A DNA stretch of 64,000 bases. It comes from Leptonemataceae bacterium (GTDB taxonomy: Bacteria > Spirochaetota > Leptospiria > Leptospirales > Leptonemataceae). The notes beneath the pieces were generated by a model, which saw nothing but the letters and a program-made list of their open reading frames with translations, had not been told where the DNA came from and did not search any database. The stretch covers positions 5,216,001 to 5,280,000 of the forward strand of contig OZ245742.1 of assembly GCA_965227295.1 (NCBI GenBank), read 5' to 3'. Of the stretch, positions 59,180 through 64,000 are shown piece after piece. Made by a program: the position numbers and the translations under genes. Positions within the stretch are counted from its first letter, which is position 1. Every line of letters begins with the position of its first letter.

Positions 59180-62100
59180 ATGCAGAATCAAAACTTTCCG
59201 GTAATGGTGACGATCGTTCTGGTCGCTCTTCTGATGTTTTCGCATGGGAGCGTGTACGGCGGCCCCGGCAGCGAAACAACGACCGACAAATATGTACCGA
59301 CCGTAAGCTACGTCCTCGATCCGGAAGGTCGCCATACCGTCTCGGATATGGCCGGGCTCGCCGACACGTTTCGTCCGTGGGATCGGCCGGTGTTCTACCA
59401 CGGCTATTCCCGCGATACGGTCTGGCTGCGCATCCATCCGTTGCCGGCGGCAAAGCCCGGCGAGCAAACGTATCTGCTGATGGTGGAAAATCCGCGCCTG
59501 GACGATGTGCGGCTGTTCATCGAAACGGCGAACGAAATTCGCGCAGAGCCGGCGGGCGACCGTCTGCCGTTTTCGGCGCGGTCCGTGGAGCACCAGAACT
59601 TTGTGTTTCAACTACCGGCCGACCTCGCCGCGGTTCGCGCGACGTACCTGCGCGTGCAGACCACGGGCCCGATCCTCGTGCCCCTCGTCGTGCTGACCGA
59701 AGGCGCGCTCAGCCGAATGGATTCGGTGCACAACCTCTTTCACGGGGCGTACTACGCCGCGATGATCGTCCTGTTTTCGTACAACCTGATCCTCTTCTTT
59801 TCGTTACGGGATATCAGTTTTCTGTACTACGTCCTGTTCCAGGTGGTCATCAGCCTGCTATTGGCCACGCTGACCGGATTCGCCGAACGTTTCCTGTGGC
59901 CGGACTCCGTATGGCTCAACCAGCATGCCACCATCATCCTGGTGGGATTGGCGGCCGTCCTCGGTTCTCGCGTCGCCGCCTCCTTCCTGAACCTTCAGGC
60001 CCGGGACCGCTGGATCCGGTACGCTCTGACGGCCCTGTTGCTGACCGGTCTGCTCGGCACCCTCCTGGCGCTCAGCCCGTATCTGGAATTCGCACACATA
60101 TTCTCACAGTACGCCACGATCTTCAGCCTGCTGATATTCATCGTTCCCCCGCTCGTGCTCAGCTTCCGGCCGGACAGCCGGGCCACGCGGTACTTTCTCT
60201 TCGCCTGGATGTTTTTCGTGGCCGGCGCTTTTTTGTTCATCGGCCGCAACCTGGGGCTCCTCCCGGACACACTGCTCACGCGACACGGGATGCACCTGGG
60301 ATCCGTGCTCGAAGGCATCATGCTCTCCGTCGCCCTGGGCAATCGCTACAACGCCATGCATTACGCGGCGCTGTTGAGTCGCCTGGAACTGAACCGCCTG
60401 CAGGAGATGGACGAACTGCGTTCGCGCTTTTACGCCGACGTATCGCACGAGTTTCGCACACCGCTCACGTTGATCCTTTCGCCGGTGGAACGCCTGCTGC
60501 GTGAGACACCGGCTGGAGAGCGGCAGCGCATGCTCACAACGATTCAGCGCAACGCCCTGGTTCTGTTGCGTTTGTTTCAGAATCTCCTGGATCTCAACCG
60601 CATGGATTCCGGCACCATGCAACCGGAATGGCGTCGTTTCGATCTCGCCGCTTTTATTCGCAACGCCGTCGAAGACTTTCGCATCGCCGCGCAAGAACGC
60701 GGGCTGAACCTGGAGTTCAGCAGCAGCCCTGAGCCCGTACACATCATCGCGGATCCTTACTTATTGGAACGCGTGCTGCACAATCTGCTCAGTAACGCAC
60801 TGCGGTTTACCACGCAGGGACACATTCGGCTGCGCGTCAGCAGCGGCACGGACCACGCCGACATCGAGATCGAGGACACCGGCCGCGGCATCGATCCGGA
60901 TAATCTGCCGCGCATCTTCGATCGCTTTTTCGGTACCTCGGGAATCGGACCCGGCAGCGGTCTCGGCCTGTCCCTCGCCCGGGACATCATTCAATTGCAC
61001 GGCGGATCGATCCAGGCCGAATCGCAAACGGGCGTCGGATCATGCTTCACGATCCGACTGCCCGCTCGCAGACAGGAACCGGCACCGGAGTTTCAGGATT
61101 TCACGGGTGACTTCGACGAACTCCGGCGCCGACGCGAATCCATGCTCGTTGCGGGTCCAGGCGACGCAGCGTACCATGCGGAACAATCTCATCCGCCGGA
61201 TTCTCGCTCCGACGAAAGCTTTCTCGAATACACCATCCTGCTTCTTGAGGACAATGCGGAGCTTCGTACATATTTGTGCGAGACGCTTGCCGAACACTTT
61301 CAGGTAACGGCCTCGGCCGACGGAAGCGAGGCCCTCGACCGCGCGCGCAGCGAACGACCGGACCTGATCGTGGCGGACATCATGACGCCCGGCCTGGATG
61401 GTTATGAACTTCTGGCGCGGTGCCGACAGGACCCGGCGCTCTCGTCGACGCCCTTCGTATTTTTGACCGCGCGCGGGGCGGTGGAAGATCGCGTCCGCGG
61501 ACTACAGTACGGGGCGGACGAATATCTCGTGAAACCGTTCCAGAACGATGAGTTGATCGCCCGGGTGAAAGCGGTGCTGCGCCGTCGACGAACGACGGAG
61601 AGTGAAGTCCGCGGTCGCGTGTACGCCGCGTTTCACGATCACCTGGGCGGACGACTGACGGACATGTACCTGCTCTTCCACCGGCCGGAGACGGAGGTCG
61701 AAGCGCAAGCAACCCTGGATAAACTTCGCGAGGAAGTCCGGGCCGTGCTTACCGAATTTCGCGACTTCCTCTCGGACGAGGACGACCGGGCGAATTTTGC
61801 CGGGGACTTCGCCGACGCCCTGCACGTGATTCTACTGCGGCGCTACGCCCGGGTCGGACGCGTGCTCAACTTTCATGGCGACGAATCCGTATCCGCCCGA
61901 CTGCGTGGTTCACGTTCGACGGCCCTGCGTGCGGGATTGCACGCCGTCGCCATTGAACTGGCCACGAACGATTTAAAGTACGGCACCGGTCCTTCCGAAT
62001 GGAAGCTGGGTTTCCTCCAGGCCGACCGGCTTGTGTTGCGCATGCAGTCGGCTTCGCAGTACGAAGCCGGGAACGAACGCGGACACGGTCGCCGCAATCT

Positions 62101-62200
62101 CCACCACACGGTGGCGGTTCTGCACGGGAATGTGGAAGAGTCGACGAAAGACGGCATCTACCGCTTCACGATGAGCGTGCCGATCCTTTCGCAAACATGA
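59180..62200 (+). CDS. Paralogous 7TMR-DISM hybrid histidine kinase with a second HisKA_3-type transmitter
   Basis: SHEFRTPL, NLLSNALRF, DTGRG, GSGLGL, REC (LEDN, ADIMTP, KPF), FHDHLGGRLTD, ELATNDLKYG and GHG..NL. Confidence 0.9.
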   Translation: MQNQNFPVMVTIVLVALLMFSHGSVYGGPGSETTTDKYVPTVSYVLDPEGRHTVSDMAGLADTFRPWDRPVFYHGYSRDTVWLRIHPLPAAKPGEQTYLLMVENPRLDDVRLFIETANEIRAEPAGDRLPFSARSVEHQNFVFQLPADLAAVRATYLRVQTTGPILVPLVVLTEGALSRMDSVHNLFHGAYYAAMIVLFSYNLILFFSLRDISFLYYVLFQVVISLLLATLTGFAERFLWPDSVWLNQHATIILVGLAAVLGSRVAASFLNLQARDRWIRYALTALLLTGLLGTLLALSPYLEFAHIFSQYATIFSLLIFIVPPLVLSFRPDSRATRYFLFAWMFFVAGAFLFIGRNLGLLPDTLLTRHGMHLGSVLEGIMLSVALGNRYNAMHYAALLSRLELNRLQEMDELRSRFYADVSHEFRTPLTLILSPVERLLRETPAGERQRMLTTIQRNALVLLRLFQNLLDLNRMDSGTMQPEWRRFDLAAFIRNAVEDFRIAAQERGLNLEFSSSPEPVHIIADPYLLERVLHNLLSNALRFTTQGHIRLRVSSGTDHADIEIEDTGRGIDPDNLPRIFDRFFGTSGIGPGSGLGLSLARDIIQLHGGSIQAESQTGVGSCFTIRLPARRQEPAPEFQDFTGDFDELRRRRESMLVAGPGDAAYHAEQSHPPDSRSDESFLEYTILLLEDNAELRTYLCETLAEHFQVTASADGSEALDRARSERPDLIVADIMTPGLDGYELLARCRQDPALSSTPFVFLTARGAVEDRVRGLQYGADEYLVKPFQNDELIARVKAVLRRRRTTESEVRGRVYAAFHDHLGGRLTDMYLLFHRPETEVEAQATLDKLREEVRAVLTEFRDFLSDEDDRANFAGDFADALHVILLRRYARVGRVLNFHGDESVSARLRGSRSTALRAGLHAVAIELATNDLKYGTGPSEWKLGFLQADRLVLRMQSASQYEAGNERGHGRRNLHHTVAVLHGNVEESTKDGIYRFTMSVPILSQT

Positions 62201-62258
62201 ACTCAAGCCCACTTAAGAGACGCGGGCACTCGGTTGCGGCAACTCGAACACCGCCCGC

Positions 62259-62888
62259 TCAACCATCTTCGCGAAGCAATCGAAGATCATCCAGCATCCC
62301 CGTTACTTTCCGTCGCGTGTTCAGGTACATGAACCGCAGGTTCATATCGGCATCCACGAGGTAGATCGCGTCGGTATGTTCGATGTCTTCGTCCGCGCCG
62401 GCAAGCGCCGATCCGCGCTCCGCGTTCGCATCCGGAATATAAAACGACGCGTGAAAGGCCCGGGCCGCTTCGATGAGCTGCGCACGATTGCCGTAAGCGA
62501 AGATCATCCGATCACCGAAGCTCTGCTGATACCCCCGCAGGGTGTCCGAATCGTGTTCGGCGGGATTCAGATTTACGTACAGGATCGGAACGTCTTGCGC
62601 GGCCGGCGCCGCGATGAGTCCGCGGAGGGTGCGCAGGCTCAGCGGGCACACGGTGCGGCAACGCAGATAACCGAAGTACACGTAGAACGGTTCGCCGCGC
62701 AGTTCCGAAATTCGAAAGCTTTGATGGCGCGCATCGCGGAGCGCAACATCGGGCAACGGGCGATCCAACGCGAGCCCGTAATAGTCACCGGCCTGGAACA
62801 GGCTCGCCAGGCGCGGAGCCAGGGCCAGGGCCGCCAGAGCGCAGATGAGCAACAGCGCGTAAGATATGGAACGACTCAGGGCAACCAT
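62259..62888 (-). CDS. SCO family copper chaperone
   Basis: YFGYLRCRTVCP (CxxxC) and IEHTDAIYLVD. Confidence 0.85.
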   Translation of the reverse strand: MVALSRSISYALLLICALAALALAPRLASLFQAGDYYGLALDRPLPDVALRDARHQSFRISELRGEPFYVYFGYLRCRTVCPLSLRTLRGLIAAPAAQDVPILYVNLNPAEHDSDTLRGYQQSFGDRMIFAYGNRAQLIEAARAFHASFYIPDANAERGSALAGADEDIEHTDAIYLVDADMNLRFMYLNTRRKVTGMLDDLRLLREDG

Positions 62889-62907
62889 AACAATACGAAG
62901 CAGCGGT

Positions 62908-64000
62908 TCAGGACCCCGCGGTCGGCGCGTTCCCGGATTGTTTTGCGATCGCGTTCAATCGGCTCGCCTGGAGTTCGATGTCCTGAAGCACCTGGCTGTT
63001 CTCCTCAAGTCGCTTGGAAAGATTGTTTACGCCGGCCAAAAGTTCTTCCGCGGCCGACGCGGTCTGCTGACTGGCGCCGGCGATATTGTCCATACGTCCC
63101 GTCACCGTACCCACGTTCTCACCGAGTTTATTCATCAGGTCCATGGTGCCGTGGGCGAATTCCGTGAGATCCTTGTTCGTGGTGTTGATGAAATCGAACT
63201 GCTGCGCGCTCTGATCGGAAATCGAGCGCAGGCTTTCCACGGTGGAAGTGTTCTGCCGCAGAATGGACATGATGGCGTTCGTCTCCGCCCGGCCGGCCTG
63301 GATGATGGAGCCGATGGACTTCACCGCTTCGCTCGACTGCTCCGCGAGTCGATTGATCTCCTCGGCGACGATCGTAAAACCGCGTCCCTGTTCGCCGGCC
63401 CGCGCGGCTTCAATGGAAGCGTTCAACGACAACAGATTCGTGTGCTCGGATATTTTCGAAATGGCTTCCAGGATTTCCGCGATCTGCGTTTGCTGATCGC
63501 TCAGGTTGCGCGCGGCGTTCTGGAAGCTTTCACTGAGTTCGGATAACTTCACCAACCGTTCCTGTAGCGATTCAATGGACGCGAGACCGGAGGTAACCGC
63601 TTCGTTCAACTTCAGTACCTGCTCCACGGTGCTGCCGACCTGTCGGCCGAACTGCTCCACCTCGGTACCGATTTCTTTCATCGAAGAGTTCACGCCGTTC
63701 ACCTGGTTCGATTGGGCTTCCGAGGAGCGACTGATCTCGTGAAACGTCGACACCATTTCTTCGAAGGCGGCCGAAGAATCCCGGGTGGATTCGGTCAACG
63801 ATTGTAGCGACGAGTTAATGGAATCCGATGCGCTGCGCGTGGCGTCGTTCACGTCGAGGAGGGCCGCGTGCTGATCCTGGAGCGCGGCGCTTGAGTCGTC
63901 CAGACGATTGATTTGATTCCTGGACCAGGTGACCTGTACCGCCAGGGGGATGGCCACGATGACCACCGCCAGGCCGTGGATCAAAAACGTTTGCCAGGGG
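62908..64000 (-). CDS. Methyl-accepting chemotaxis protein (5' end outside the window)
   Basis: [38 protein letters not shown]. Confidence 0.93.
   Translation of the reverse strand, partial: PWQTFLIHGLAVVIVAIPLAVQVTWSRNQINRLDDSSAALQDQHAALLDVNDATRSASDSINSSLQSLTESTRDSSAAFEEMVSTFHEISRSSEAQSNQVNGVNSSMKEIGTEVEQFGRQVGSTVEQVLKLNEAVTSGLASIESLQERLVKLSELSESFQNAARNLSDQQTQIAEILEAISKISEHTNLLSLNASIEAARAGEQGRGFTIVAEEINRLAEQSSEAVKSIGSIIQAGRAETNAIMSILRQNTSTVESLRSISDQSAQQFDFINTTNKDLTEFAHGTMDLMNKLGENVGTVTGRMDNIAGASQQTASAAEELLAGVNNLSKRLEENSQVLQDIELQASRLNAIAKQSGNAPTAGS

Overview
GC-rich bacterial chromosomal window, probably from a Leptospiraceae-like spirochaete. This is an inference from the LruC domain, the 7TMR-DISM sensors, several class III cyclases and an SthK/LliK-type CNG channel. 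It holds roughly 50 CDSs: lipid and envelope enzymes, hydrolases, regulators, an HSP90-family gene pair, three nucleotidyl cyclases, and two paralogous dual-transmitter hybrid kinases flanking a small secreted Cys-rich protein. There is one tRNA-Asn(GTT) and one internally deleted IS5-family element with 18-bp inverted repeats and a TTAG target duplication. The most striking unexplained structure is a family of about 330-bp apparently non-coding units. It forms two tandem arrays (5.75-6.95 kb and 48.0-49.4 kb) that end in the same ~75-bp hairpin 'cap', plus an inverted solitary copy at about 52 kb, and sequence variants are shuffled between the loci. Other notable items are two REP-like dispersed repeat families, a hairpin-rich partial tRNA duplication, and a decayed island at 19.9-26.1 kb. 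That island contains an ImmA/IrrE protease, an IS-split NUDIX-like gene, a Sll1717-like P-loop ATPase and a sensor kinase-phosphatase collapsed by multiple deletions. All calls were made by eye from motifs; no database searches were run.
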